64,000 bases of DNA from an uncultured Pseudobdellovibrionaceae bacterium (GTDB taxonomy: Bacteria; Bdellovibrionota; Bdellovibrionia; Bdellovibrionales; JAGQZY01): contig CAZPOV010000001.1 in assembly GCA_964588335.1 (NCBI GenBank), forward strand, positions 322,288 to 386,287, read 5' to 3'. Of this stretch, positions 1-11,193 are shown one piece after another; the first letter of the stretch is position 1; the number at the start of each line of letters is the position of its first letter. The notes under the pieces were generated by a model, which searched no databases, was not told the origin of the DNA, and saw nothing but the letters and a program-made list of their open reading frames with translations. The position numbers and the translations under genes are program-made.

Positions 1-70
1 ACATTCTATTCGTCGAGGACGGGTGAAATCAAAGAAGGCCTTGGCGTCAAAGCACCCCAGGTCCTTGTTT

Positions 71-94
71 GGGCGGTGGGAGCCGCCCATTTTT
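71..94 (+). terminator. Possible rho-independent terminator (GGGCGG-tgggag-CCGCCC followed by ATTTTT)
   Basis: 6-bp GC stem, 6-nt loop and T-run read directly. Ambiguous because reading frame 1 is open from nt 1 to 282. Confidence 0.3.
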
Positions 95-262
95 CACGAC
101 AAGGTGTTTTTCCGCCTTCTCAATGGCCTTTAAAGAAAGTGATCGATCTGAACTATTCAAATGATTCTCCAGGGATAGAGTGTGCCTTCAAGTTTGGTTG
201 CCAATACCAATCGGGTGCGGTTATGTTTGTGGCCCAGGCCCAAAAGCAACAGGAGTTTTGGA

Positions 263-1228
263 ATGAGTGCCGGATCAAATAAATTTGGAAACCTGTTTCA
301 GTGGACGACCTTTGGCGAAAGTCATGGTCCTGCTATGGGAGTGGTTATTGACGGTTGTCCAGCCGGTTTGGCATTCGATGAGTCGTTGTTGCAATCCAAT
401 TTGCAAAGACGACGTCCCGGGCAAGCGGGAACCACTTCACGTCAAGAATTGGATTCGGCTGAGGTTTTAAGTGGTGTTTTTCAAGGAAAAACACTGGGAA
501 CTCCCATAGCAATTATGGTCAGAAACACCAACCAAAAAAGCCAGGACTATGACGAAATACAAAACCAACCTCGTATCGGTCACGCCGATGATGTGTGGCA
601 AGGCAAGTTTCAACATTGGGATCATCGTGGCGGGGCGCGTGCGTCGGCTAGAGAGACTTTAAATTGGGTGATCGCTGGTTCGGTGGCGCAAATGTTTTGT
701 CGCAGTCAAAGTGCCGATGTGCAGGTTGAGGCCCGTTTAAAATCTGTCGCCGGTGACAAGGTTTCTGAGATGCAGAAGGGTGAACTTGTGGAGCGGCTTG
801 AGTTGGCGCGATCCGAAGGTGAAAGTTTTGGAGCGGTTGTTGAGTTACAGATTGAACAGCCTCCAAAGTTTTTAGGCGAACCCATCTTTCTAAAGGCAAA
901 AAGTGAATGGGCCAGGGCCTTTATGATGATAAATGCTTGTGTCGGAGTTGAGTTAGGGGATGGTTTTGAAATCGCCAGCGCAAAAGGAACCGACGTTCAT
1001 ATGGCAAGTGATTCGAAAGTTTACGGTGGTATCCGAGGTGGAATGACCACAGGAGAACGAATCTCTTTTCAGCTGGCTTTCAAACCCACATCAAGCATTT
1101 TAGACACAGCCAAAAAAGGCCGACACGACCCCTGTGTGGCCTTGCGAGCTCTTCCTATAGTTGAGGCCATGACTTGGAATGTTTTGGCGGACTTATTGTT
1201 AGCTCAACGATTGAATCGAACATCGTGA
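263..1228 (+). CDS. aroC: Chorismate synthase
   Basis: N-terminus FGNLFQWTTFGESHGPAMGVVIDGCPAG and later HRGGARASARET are classic AroC motifs. ATG at 263 is preceded by AGGAG (251-255). The longer ORF from 182 adds a non-conserved leader. At 321 aa it is shorter than most AroC proteins. Confidence 0.9.
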   Translation: MSAGSNKFGNLFQWTTFGESHGPAMGVVIDGCPAGLAFDESLLQSNLQRRRPGQAGTTSRQELDSAEVLSGVFQGKTLGTPIAIMVRNTNQKSQDYDEIQNQPRIGHADDVWQGKFQHWDHRGGARASARETLNWVIAGSVAQMFCRSQSADVQVEARLKSVAGDKVSEMQKGELVERLELARSEGESFGAVVELQIEQPPKFLGEPIFLKAKSEWARAFMMINACVGVELGDGFEIASAKGTDVHMASDSKVYGGIRGGMTTGERISFQLAFKPTSSILDTAKKGRHDPCVALRALPIVEAMTWNVLADLLLAQRLNRTS

Positions 1229-1887
1229 ATCAGAACGGCCTTGTCCTGGTATACGAAGTGAACATCGACATCAGCAATATATGATTTAAAAGGTCCGGTT
1301 TTATTTTGCAATTTGTCTTCGTGACTTCGAACATCTCGGCACATGGACTCTTCAATAAGCTGAACCAGTTGCCTTGAAAGATCGGCGTTGGAAGTCTGCC
1401 AAACCACTTTTAAAACAGGATCGTCGGTGTTTTCAACCCAACCGGCCTTAGAAGACAATGCGAAGTCGTATTCGGCGATGTAAGGTTTAATATCGAGGAT
1501 GGGTGTGCCATCAATCAGATCAAGATTTGAAATAGAGAGTCTGGCATTCTTAGAATCAACCTTGTCCAGTCGCACCAAGCTGAGGCCCAAAGGGTTCGGT
1601 CGGTGGGGCGTGCGACTTGCAAACATTCCGACCTTGCTGCCGTTGAGCCGTGGAGGATGAACTTTGCCGTTGGTGTTGCCTTTTCGATTCTGGTGAAAAT
1701 GAAAGATCAGCCATAGGTGACTAAAGTCACTAAGATCCTCGAGGCATCCTTGTGGGCAAAATTCAGTGTCCAACTGTAAAACACCTTGTGAGGACGGGGC
1801 CAAGCCGGTTTGTCGAGGAGTGCCAAACTTCTGTTTAAAAGGGCTTTGAATTTTACCGATGGGGCGTAGGATGAGTTCTTTGTCCAT
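1204..1887 (-). CDS. trmO: tRNA (m6t6A37) methyltransferase TrmO (YaeB family)
   Basis: LRPIGKIQSPFKQKFGTPRQ...RTPHRPNPLGLSLVRL...LDLIDGTPILDIKPYI matches the TsaA/YaeB fold signature. Start chosen at MDKELILRPIG (M68 of the ORF). Its 3' end overlaps the aroC 3' end by 25 nt (convergent). Confidence 0.8.
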   Translation of the reverse strand: MDKELILRPIGKIQSPFKQKFGTPRQTGLAPSSQGVLQLDTEFCPQGCLEDLSDFSHLWLIFHFHQNRKGNTNGKVHPPRLNGSKVGMFASRTPHRPNPLGLSLVRLDKVDSKNARLSISNLDLIDGTPILDIKPYIAEYDFALSSKAGWVENTDDPVLKVVWQTSNADLSRQLVQLIEESMCRDVRSHEDKLQNKTGPFKSYIADVDVHFVYQDKAVLIHDVRFNR

Positions 1888-1936
1888 TGATGAAGTTCCT
1901 AGCATCCCGTTGGGGTTTATGCTAGTCTCAACTTCT

Positions 1937-4075
1937 ATGAAAACAGACCATGTGACCGGCCTTGTGAAGCGACATCCCGATGGCTTCGGATTTTTAATTC
2001 CCGACTTACCTGACCACCCCGACCTCTTCCTTTCTCGCCGAGAAATGAATGGTGTGATGACCAACGATCGCGTTCGAGCAGAGGTCAAAAAAGAAAAAGG
2101 TGGTGATCGCTTTTATGGTACCGACGTTGAAATTCTTGAACGTGGAATTTCAAGAGTTGTCGGTAAAGTTCGCAAAGGCCCCAAAGGTGATCTCGAGTTG
2201 CTGGATGCTGTGCAAAAATGGGGAGCCATCTTAAAGATTCCCTATAAAAATTCTCGAGGCGCCGTTGAAGGTGATTTAGTTGCAGTGGAAATTGTAGAAT
2301 ACCCTGACAAAGGCGCCACATTCACTGGACGCGTTGTTGAAATCATTGGAGATGGCGAAGACCCTAATAACGATCTCAAACGTGTTTTGCATTTGCATCA
2401 AGTTCCAATGGAATTCCCATTCAATGTGACCAATGAAGTGGAGGCCATTCCTGAATCGGTCAGTGACAAAGACCGTGAAGGTCGAGTCGACTTGCGTGAC
2501 AAAGCTCTAATCACAATCGACGGAGTCACCGCAAAAGACTTCGATGATGCTATTTACGTTGAATCCACAGAAACTGGCTTTCGTCTTTGGGTGGCCATCG
2601 CAGATGTCAGTCACTATGTGCGGCCTGGCAAGTATCTCGATGATGCGGCCTTCGAGCGCGGCACATCGGTTTACCTTCCCAACTATGTTGTTCCGATGTT
2701 GCCAGAAAAAATATCCAATGGAATCTGTTCCCTGAAGCCAGAGGTGGATCGGCTGGCCTTTGTTTGTGAAATGCAATTAACCTTTCAGGGTGAGCTTCAG
2801 AACGCGAAGGTCTACGAGGCCGTGATTCATTCCCATGCTCGGGTCACCTATGGTGAAGCCCAAGAGATTATCGATGGCAGCGAGACTCATAAGAAAAAGG
2901 AAGTTCAAAACAACATCATGCGAGCCGCTGATCTGGCTAAAATTTTAATGACCAAAAGGTTCCGAGAGGGCTCTCTTGATCTGGAGGTTCCAGAGACAGA
3001 GGTGGTTGTTGATGATTTAGGGCAAACCATTGACGTCATCAAAAGTGACCGCGTGTTCGCTCATAAATTGATTGAAGAGATGATGTTAGCGGCCAACGTT
3101 GCGGTTGCAAAATTGATTCAGAAAAAAGAGCAGGCCGCTTTGTATCGAGTTCATGAAGCGCCCAATGCCGAAGATATTGATAAAATTCAACACTATCTCA
3201 GTAGTTTCGGAAGTCAGAAAACCCTTCGCGGTGGTCACCTGCAGAAAAAACTGACCAAGTCCTTGCAAGAATTTAAGGGCAAGCCAGAGGGAGTGGTTCT
3301 TAATATTTTAACTCTACGATCAATGAATCAAGCCTGCTACTCACCCGACAACATTGGTCACTTCGGCTTAGGCTTTGATGATTATGCTCATTTTACCTCT
3401 CCGATTCGTCGTTATCCGGATTTGATTGTTCATCGTATCTTAAAGAAACTGTTCACCGATTCGAAGTCGGGCTTTTTATACAGTGAAGAGGACCTCAGAA
3501 CATTTGGTTCGGTTTTAAGTGCGGCTGAGCAAAGAGCGGTCAAAGCTGAGAGACAAGTCATCTCGATCAAAAAGGCGCGCTTTCTGGGCGACAAGGTGGG
3601 AGAGATTTTTCCTGGTGTCATCAGTAGTGTTGCAAAATTTGGTGTCTTTGTCTTACTTCGTCAATTCGATATTGATGGTCTCGTTAAGGTTGATAACTTG
3701 GGAGATGATTTTTTCGAGTTTGATGAAGAGCATATGATTCTTTTTGGTAAGAAAACAGGTAAGAAATTTCGTTTGGGAGACACCGTTCGTGTCTTGGTTT
3801 CGGCCGTTGACACAGAAGATGGCAAAATTGATTTCTTGCTCACCAAAGAAGGCAGCGATGAGCTTGTCACCAGCGGCAGTTCCCAGCGACGGCGGGACAA
3901 TAAAAAGCAAAGCCAGCCAAAAAGAGACGGTCAGTCTGATCGTAAAAAGAAAAGCCAATCAGGCCGCAAAAAAAGCAGTAAATCTGATCGCAAAAAAAGT
4001 GGTAAATCGGACCGAAACAAAAAGAAGTCTCGGCGTCGACCAAAGAAAAAAGGCCAAGCCAAAAACAAGAAGTAA
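1937..4075 (+). CDS. rnr: Ribonuclease R (RNB family 3'-5' exoribonuclease) with lysine-rich C-terminal tail
   Basis: Contains ITIDGVTAKDFDDAIYVE, HFGLG..YAHFTSPIRRYPDLIVHR (RNB motifs) and an S1 domain GVISSVAKFGVFVLL. The basic tail is KKSxSDRKK-like. Start set at MKTDHVTGLVKRHPDGFGF (ATG 1937). Confidence 0.9.
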   Translation: MKTDHVTGLVKRHPDGFGFLIPDLPDHPDLFLSRREMNGVMTNDRVRAEVKKEKGGDRFYGTDVEILERGISRVVGKVRKGPKGDLELLDAVQKWGAILKIPYKNSRGAVEGDLVAVEIVEYPDKGATFTGRVVEIIGDGEDPNNDLKRVLHLHQVPMEFPFNVTNEVEAIPESVSDKDREGRVDLRDKALITIDGVTAKDFDDAIYVESTETGFRLWVAIADVSHYVRPGKYLDDAAFERGTSVYLPNYVVPMLPEKISNGICSLKPEVDRLAFVCEMQLTFQGELQNAKVYEAVIHSHARVTYGEAQEIIDGSETHKKKEVQNNIMRAADLAKILMTKRFREGSLDLEVPETEVVVDDLGQTIDVIKSDRVFAHKLIEEMMLAANVAVAKLIQKKEQAALYRVHEAPNAEDIDKIQHYLSSFGSQKTLRGGHLQKKLTKSLQEFKGKPEGVVLNILTLRSMNQACYSPDNIGHFGLGFDDYAHFTSPIRRYPDLIVHRILKKLFTDSKSGFLYSEEDLRTFGSVLSAAEQRAVKAERQVISIKKARFLGDKVGEIFPGVISSVAKFGVFVLLRQFDIDGLVKVDNLGDDFFEFDEEHMILFGKKTGKKFRLGDTVRVLVSAVDTEDGKIDFLLTKEGSDELVTSGSSQRRRDNKKQSQPKRDGQSDRKKKSQSGRKKSSKSDRKKSGKSDRNKKKSRRRPKKKGQAKNKK

Positions 4076-4410
4076 CAAAAAGGATAGAAATGTCGACAGC
4101 CAATGGTTGAGCCTTGGCCGTTGATGGCCCTTTTGTAAAAGTCTTCGCCTTGCGATCAAACGGATTGGCTCTGCTCGGATCGAAACAGGACACGCTGCCT
4201 CAAGACAAATAGTCTTTTTTATCATTCCTATCAATTCATTCACTTTATTGAGTCATAAATACAAAACTCGGCCTTTTCTGCATTTGAAGTCTATTTTTTT
4301 TGGGGCGTCGGTTCGACATTGATGGTCTAGGCAAAACTGCAAAATTGAGAGATGATTGGTCTGATTTAAGCTGCCAGTCCAGACGGTTTTAGTGACAAAG
4401 GAAGGTTACA

Positions 4411-6075
4411 ATGAGTTGGTTACAAACTCCAAAGCAGATCGGTGAAACCATTAAAAATGCCGGGCGATTGCGAAAAATTGTGAGTGTATTCGCCAGGAAT
4501 GGATTTCATGATGTTGCTCAGAAGATAAAATTGAATTCATTTATCAATTCATGGACGACGTCATCCGAGACCAGCCATTTGTCTACGGCTCAGCGTGTAA
4601 GAATTTCTTTTGAAGAGTTAGGGCCTACCTTTATTAAACTGGGTCAATTGTTGGCGACGCGACCCGATGTGATTCCATCCGATTACGTGAATGAGTTTCG
4701 TAAACTTCAAGATCAGATACCACCGATTGATTTTAAAGAAATAGAGAAGATTTTGGATCAGCAGTACCCATCAGGGTACAAAAATATATTTAAAGAGTTT
4801 ACCGAAAAACCTATTGGATCAGCGAGTATCGCGCAAGTCCATCAGGCGAAACTGCTGGATGGGACCTCAGTGGTCGTTAAAATACAAAAGCCAGGAATCT
4901 CCGAAATCATTGAAGATGATACTCGCATATTGCATCTTTTGGCGGACTTGTGTGAACACTACATTCCCGAGTCTAAAATTTTTAATCCCACCGGGATGGT
5001 TAACGAATTCTCCCGTTCGATCTCTTTGGAAACAAACTTTGTTGTTGAGGCTAATAATATAAAAAGGTTTCAGGAAAACTTTTCTGAAAACCCTCAAGTT
5101 AAAATACCGAATGTTTACTTGCAATTTTCTGGTCCTAAAATATTGGTGATGGAAGAGCTCAAGGGCAAGCCGATGAGTCATGGTGATGCATTTGCTCATG
5201 AAGGATTGGATCGTAGTGCATTAATGAAAGCGGGGATGCGTGCCTACTTCTCTATGGTTTTTCGAGATGGGTTGTTTCATGGCGATTTGCATGCTGGCAA
5301 TATTTTTGTGTTACCTGAAAATAAAATTGGATTTATAGATTTCGGAATGGTTGGGCGATTGTCTCGTAAAACCCAAGGTGCAATCGCTGCTATGTTTATG
5401 GCTTTGATGGCTGAGGACTATGATCGGTTGGCCTACGAATACATAGAGATGGCTCCTTTTAATAATGCGACCGACCGGCAAGCTTTGGCGCAAGATTTAC
5501 GTTCGATATTATCTCCTTTCTTTGGTCTGACTTTAAAAGACGTCAACATGGGTAAACTGCTTTTAGAATCTTCAAAAGTCGCGGCCAAGCATCATGTGGT
5601 ATTGCCCTCGGAGCTGATGATGTTCTTTAAGTCCATGGTTACCATCGAAGGCCTGGCCCGTATGGTTCAAGATGATTTCGATATGCTTCCTTTCGTTAAA
5701 GAGTTTGCCAAAGACCTTTTGAAATCGAAGGTGACGACAACAGAGCTGTTTTCGGATATGACATTTCAGATGAAAGAGTGGGGTTCTTTATTGGACAGTA
5801 TTCCAAAAGAGTTGAAAACTCACCTAAGAAAGATCAATCAACCCAATTATTCAGAGACTGTTGAGATTCGTAATATTCGAGAGCTTCAAGAGACTTTCTA
5901 TCAGACCGGGCGACTGATTTTTGTAGGAATCGTTATTTCTGCTTTGACCATCGCCGGCGCTATGACGATTGAGGCTGAGAGTCGCTATTTAGTTTATGGT
6001 ATCCCTGTATTCAGTATGTCTGTGTTTGGTCTTGCAACCCTATTGTTCATCCGATTTTTCCTAAAAGGAAAATAG
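4411..6075 (+). CDS. ubiB: UbiB/ABC1 (AarF) family atypical kinase, C-terminal TM helices
   Basis: Contains PIGSASIAQVHQAKL..VVVKIQKPGI, HGDLHAGNIFV and IDFGMVG. Two hydrophobic C-terminal helices. Confidence 0.85.
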   Translation: MSWLQTPKQIGETIKNAGRLRKIVSVFARNGFHDVAQKIKLNSFINSWTTSSETSHLSTAQRVRISFEELGPTFIKLGQLLATRPDVIPSDYVNEFRKLQDQIPPIDFKEIEKILDQQYPSGYKNIFKEFTEKPIGSASIAQVHQAKLLDGTSVVVKIQKPGISEIIEDDTRILHLLADLCEHYIPESKIFNPTGMVNEFSRSISLETNFVVEANNIKRFQENFSENPQVKIPNVYLQFSGPKILVMEELKGKPMSHGDAFAHEGLDRSALMKAGMRAYFSMVFRDGLFHGDLHAGNIFVLPENKIGFIDFGMVGRLSRKTQGAIAAMFMALMAEDYDRLAYEYIEMAPFNNATDRQALAQDLRSILSPFFGLTLKDVNMGKLLLESSKVAAKHHVVLPSELMMFFKSMVTIEGLARMVQDDFDMLPFVKEFAKDLLKSKVTTTELFSDMTFQMKEWGSLLDSIPKELKTHLRKINQPNYSETVEIRNIRELQETFYQTGRLIFVGIVISALTIAGAMTIEAESRYLVYGIPVFSMSVFGLATLLFIRFFLKGK

Positions 6076-6080
6076 ACAGA

Positions 6081-6926
6081 TCAATCGCCACCTTTGGTGG
6101 TGGCAAAAATAGTGTACCTGATCCCATCGGCCGTTATCGGCACGATGATTCCCTTTTTGTTCGTCAAAACCTCAGGATCTTGAGTGATGTCTTTGGTGTG
6201 AACTTCATTGTGGTTGATGATTCCGCACTCAGTTAAAACATGTTTAAGGATCACATAACCGAGGGACCGACAGATCACATCCAATGATTTTCCAGAGATC
6301 TTTTCCGATTTATCACGGATCGAGTTCAAAGTGTCTTCACTACATAAAACTGAGAATGTGTTAGAAACTTTTCCAACATAAACTTTAATGATGGCAGCAT
6401 AATCGCCTTCAACTTTCTCACCCCTCTGCTTGAGTTTCATTTCGGCAAGTTTGAAGTCTTTTCTATCCAGTGCCTCTTCTAAAAATGCTAAGGACGAATC
6501 GAGTAGGCTCGAGAATATACTAGCAGAAATCATTTTTTCGGTGGATCCAAGACTGAAAAGATTGCGAATAATTTTTGCAAACTCCATGGATTCCACAGGT
6601 TTCTTTACAAAGTTTACAAACTCAAAGTTTCTTTCCACTTCTCGTTTATCATCGTTGGAAAGGACAATCATGGGAGTGGTCTGGTTGAACGGATTGCTGC
6701 GTGTCGACTCAATAAGCTCATCACAAGTACGCTCACCCAAATCCCAATCCGAAATAATCAGGTGAAAGGTTTGGTTTTTAAGTTTGCTGACGCCAGCCGA
6801 CAGGCTTGTGGCTTGAATAATTTTAACATCTTTACCAAAGTGAGAGTTTAAAATATCGACGATTGATTGGCGAAAAGCCTGGTCGGTATCGACGATTAAA
6901 ATCCATTTTCGCGTTTTTATTCCCAT
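6081..6926 (-). CDS. Response regulator receiver domain protein with unassigned ~150-aa C-terminal domain
   Basis: REC signature: ILIVDTD, phospho-acceptor context LIISDWDL, MIVLS, FVKKP. The C-terminal half is not recognised; it may be CheX/CheC-like, but that is a weak impression. Confidence 0.7.
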   Translation of the reverse strand: MGIKTRKWILIVDTDQAFRQSIVDILNSHFGKDVKIIQATSLSAGVSKLKNQTFHLIISDWDLGERTCDELIESTRSNPFNQTTPMIVLSNDDKREVERNFEFVNFVKKPVESMEFAKIIRNLFSLGSTEKMISASIFSSLLDSSLAFLEEALDRKDFKLAEMKLKQRGEKVEGDYAAIIKVYVGKVSNTFSVLCSEDTLNSIRDKSEKISGKSLDVICRSLGYVILKHVLTECGIINHNEVHTKDITQDPEVLTNKKGIIVPITADGIRYTIFATTKGGD

Positions 6927-7007
6927 AGTTCATAAGTGTACATTCAGATGGCCGAGGATTCCACTATTTATCAAACGGGTACAGCCCAATATTTATGAAC
7001 AAACTGT

Positions 7008-8507
7008 CTAGTTGATAACACAGGCGTTGCCAGTGGTCTCGTCGCCAGTGAAGGTATCGTCAGACTGATTCTCAGGGGCTGAAAAATAAGCTTCTAGATT
7101 CCTCGCCAAAAATCCAAGGTGAACGATATTTCCACCACTGACGTAGGGAACAAGTGCCGAATTGGTCATGCTGCCATCGGATTTAATAAAGTTTTCGATA
7201 CCTGTGGGCGTGTATTGAACCCCGCGGGTTTTTAAATAACCGACTAAAAGGGCGGCAGCCGAGGTGACAATGGGTGTGGCTTGGGAAGTGCCTCGAATTC
7301 GGGTCCAGCCACCCCCTAATGATGTTGAGAGAATTCCGCCGTTGGTATTGGCCGAATTTTCAGCACCCGGTGCTGATAGCTCGGCATAAGTCGTGCTGTA
7401 GTTTGAGAACAGAGAAAGGCCGGCATTGATTGTATCCACCGATGCGACTGAGATCACGCCTCCCAAACTGGGGCCAATATAAGCCGGTGCGAATAAATTA
7501 TTAGCTGTAATTTCAGCGTTCTGATTGCCGGTGGCCGCCGTAACTACAATTCCAGCTGCGATAGCGTCGCTGATCGCATCTTCCATTAGCGGGTTTTGCC
7601 CTTGAGCCTCGACGCTTAAATTAATTATATCGGCTCCATTTCGAATGGCGTACTGGATGCCGTTGAACACATTTTGCGAAGTTCCCGCACCGTTGCTATC
7701 GAGAACCTTCACCGCCATGATCTCAATGTATCCACCGGTTAATCCGGCGACCCCGTACGAGTTGTTTTCAATGGCAGCAACAATACCGGCGACATGGGTT
7801 CCATGACCGTCGTCATCAAGGGGTGCATTGTTCAAAGCAATATAATTGTAGCCGTGATTGCCATTGCCATCTCTCCACATTCGACTGCTTAAGTCAGGGT
7901 GATTATAATCAACACCACTGTCGACAAAAGCGATAACTACTTTTTCGGTGATTTCGTTCTGTAGATTTTGACTCTCGTCATGTCCAACAAAACTCAAGTG
8001 GGCCTGCTGGGACGACTGTGGGTCGTTAACGGCACTAGCAGAAACACTTTGGCTCACCTGAACTTCTGAGTTCTCAGCGATACCTAATACACAAGGATTG
8101 TCTTCTAGGCCGGCTTCAAGGTCGGCAATGGAGGGCGGAGATGCAAAGCTCACAGTGATAGCGGCTTTTTTCATGGTTTGCTGAGGTCCACTCAGACGGA
8201 TCTCTTGACTTAGAAAAAGTGATGAATTCTCTGGGTTTTGTAGACAGGCCACATCGACAACAACCGATAATGGAGTCGCCGTTTGACTGAGTTTGGCTTG
8301 TGCTGAAAAGAATTTTTTCTGAACTCTAACCTTACTGGAAACAAACGGGGACTGCTGTCCGGTTTGCAGTTTACAGAATGAAAAGCCGACCGACCCACCT
8401 TTAGACTCGAAGCTCCGGCCACAGTTTTGAAAGACCAAAAGCAGCGAGGGGATCGAAACTATCAACACCCATATTTTCCAACTTCGCAAATTTTCCCCCT
8501 CAAACAA
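7008..8507 (-). CDS. Secreted subtilisin-like serine protease (peptidase S8), probable lipoprotein
   Basis: Catalytic triad contexts AFVDSGVDYNHPDL (Asp), HGTHVAGIVAA (His) and GTSQATPIVTSAAALL (Ser). N-terminal hydrophobic segment ends in LVFQNCG. The annotated start is TTG, so the exact start is uncertain. Confidence 0.85.
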   Translation of the reverse strand: MFEGENLRSWKIWVLIVSIPSLLLVFQNCGRSFESKGGSVGFSFCKLQTGQQSPFVSSKVRVQKKFFSAQAKLSQTATPLSVVVDVACLQNPENSSLFLSQEIRLSGPQQTMKKAAITVSFASPPSIADLEAGLEDNPCVLGIAENSEVQVSQSVSASAVNDPQSSQQAHLSFVGHDESQNLQNEITEKVVIAFVDSGVDYNHPDLSSRMWRDGNGNHGYNYIALNNAPLDDDGHGTHVAGIVAAIENNSYGVAGLTGGYIEIMAVKVLDSNGAGTSQNVFNGIQYAIRNGADIINLSVEAQGQNPLMEDAISDAIAAGIVVTAATGNQNAEITANNLFAPAYIGPSLGGVISVASVDTINAGLSLFSNYSTTYAELSAPGAENSANTNGGILSTSLGGGWTRIRGTSQATPIVTSAAALLVGYLKTRGVQYTPTGIENFIKSDGSMTNSALVPYVSGGNIVHLGFLARNLEAYFSAPENQSDDTFTGDETTGNACVIN

Positions 8508-8760
8508 GCCAAGTAAGTTCTTAAATTATCTCATTAATCTGTTTAAATCTCTACGGGAAACCCGCGCCAGTGCCGTTTTTTGTCTTTTACGTGTGTACAG
8601 AATATACACAGAAGAACCCTAGTTGTTTCAATATGAAACGAGGATCGTCGAACTTTTATACAGGTGCAAAGCCACTTCTTTGTTTAGTTTGTTTTCAGTG
8701 CATTTGGCACACTTGGTACTACTGTTGCTCTTAATAAGTATGATTATAGGAGGTTTTATA

Positions 8761-10308
<1,548 letters not shown>

Positions 10309-10368
10309 TAATTAAAAAGTGAGTGGTGTCTCGCACTGAGATATCCGTTAAAATTCACGTTTTCTGTG

Positions 10369-10403
10369 GGCCGAGGTTATCACTCAAACTTCGGCCTTTT
10401 TTT
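10369..10403 (+). terminator. Rho-independent terminator after the 8761-10308 gene
   Basis: GGCCGAGG (10369-76) pairs with CTTCGGCC (10389-96) including one G-U. 12-nt loop, then TTTTTTT. Confidence 0.7.
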
Positions 10404-10612
10404 ATTAAAACGAGACCAAAGATAGATCTGAGCTGCAATATCAAAGCATTGAAATAATTAAACTTATTATTCTTGAGAAGATTTCCTGGCTTAAGTATTC
10501 TTAAAAAAGGTTGTGATGTTCACTTGAATCAGGGAACCACCGAGATCAGGTTAGAAACAAAATGGTACTGCTCAAGGTAAAAAATGCTGGCGTTTGTTAG
10601 AGAGAGGTAGTT

Positions 10613-11188
10613 TTGAATCAGAAAGGTTTTTCACTAATAGAACTCATGGTCACCGTCGCAATTATTGGAATCTTGTCGGTCGTAGCCGTACCTTCCTACA
10701 AGACCTTCCAGGCCAAAGCCCGTCAAAAAGAGGGGTTTAGCTTGTTGAACGGATACTATGCTGCTGCAATTGCGACACGGACAGAATTTGGTTTGTTTCC
10801 TGGTAATATGGTGGCGACGGGTTTTGCGCCTGTTGGTGAGCTGAATTACCGTCTGAGAGTTGATGACAATCCCAATAATTTGCCGGGAACCACAGCCTTC
10901 AATAATGATGATGCCTGTTGGCGCACTTTCAATGCCTGTAATTGCGGAGGTAATTGTAATTCGTTTAAGACTTGGAGTGAAATGCCAGCAGGATCACCTG
11001 GCAACCTAGGTGTGGGGTCGGTTGCTGGTGGCGGTTGCCCGACCATCGCGACCGTGTCGATTCCGACAACCGACAATTCCTTTGTAGCCGGGGTCGCTGG
11101 TTGGATTTCTACCAGATCGACAACTCTGGACCGCTACTACATGAATGAAACAAAACTTATAGAAATGTGTGTCGATGGGTTGAAGTGA
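10613..11188 (+). CDS. Type IV pilin-like protein (prepilin N-methylation motif), paralogue 1
   Basis: N-terminus (M)NQKG/FSLIELMVTVAIIGILSVVAVPSYKTFQAKARQKE is the canonical class III signal with Glu5. TTG start. Cys-rich C-terminal globular part with CNCGGNC. Confidence 0.85.
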   Translation: MNQKGFSLIELMVTVAIIGILSVVAVPSYKTFQAKARQKEGFSLLNGYYAAAIATRTEFGLFPGNMVATGFAPVGELNYRLRVDDNPNNLPGTTAFNNDDACWRTFNACNCGGNCNSFKTWSEMPAGSPGNLGVGSVAGGGCPTIATVSIPTTDNSFVAGVAGWISTRSTTLDRYYMNETKLIEMCVDGLK

Positions 11189-11193
11189 TTCAT

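Noticed and set aside
76-282. 68-aa ORF upstream of, and overlapping, the aroC start. Frame 1 is actually open from nt 1.
   Set aside because: It has no recognisable motif and contains the terminator-like hairpin at 71-94. It could be the 3' end of an upstream gene cut by the window edge, but I cannot support a call.
3653-4243. Several overlapping ORFs on both strands at the 3' end of rnr (3653-3958, 3661-3900, 3744-4124, 3867-4193, 3959-4243).
   Set aside because: They are produced by the purine-rich lysine-tail coding sequence of RNase R. There is no independent support for them.
10485-10500. Sigma-54-like element TGGCTT-aagta-TTCT upstream of the first pilin gene.
   Set aside because: The GG at -24 is present, but the essential GC at -12 is replaced by CT. 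That is too weak to call.
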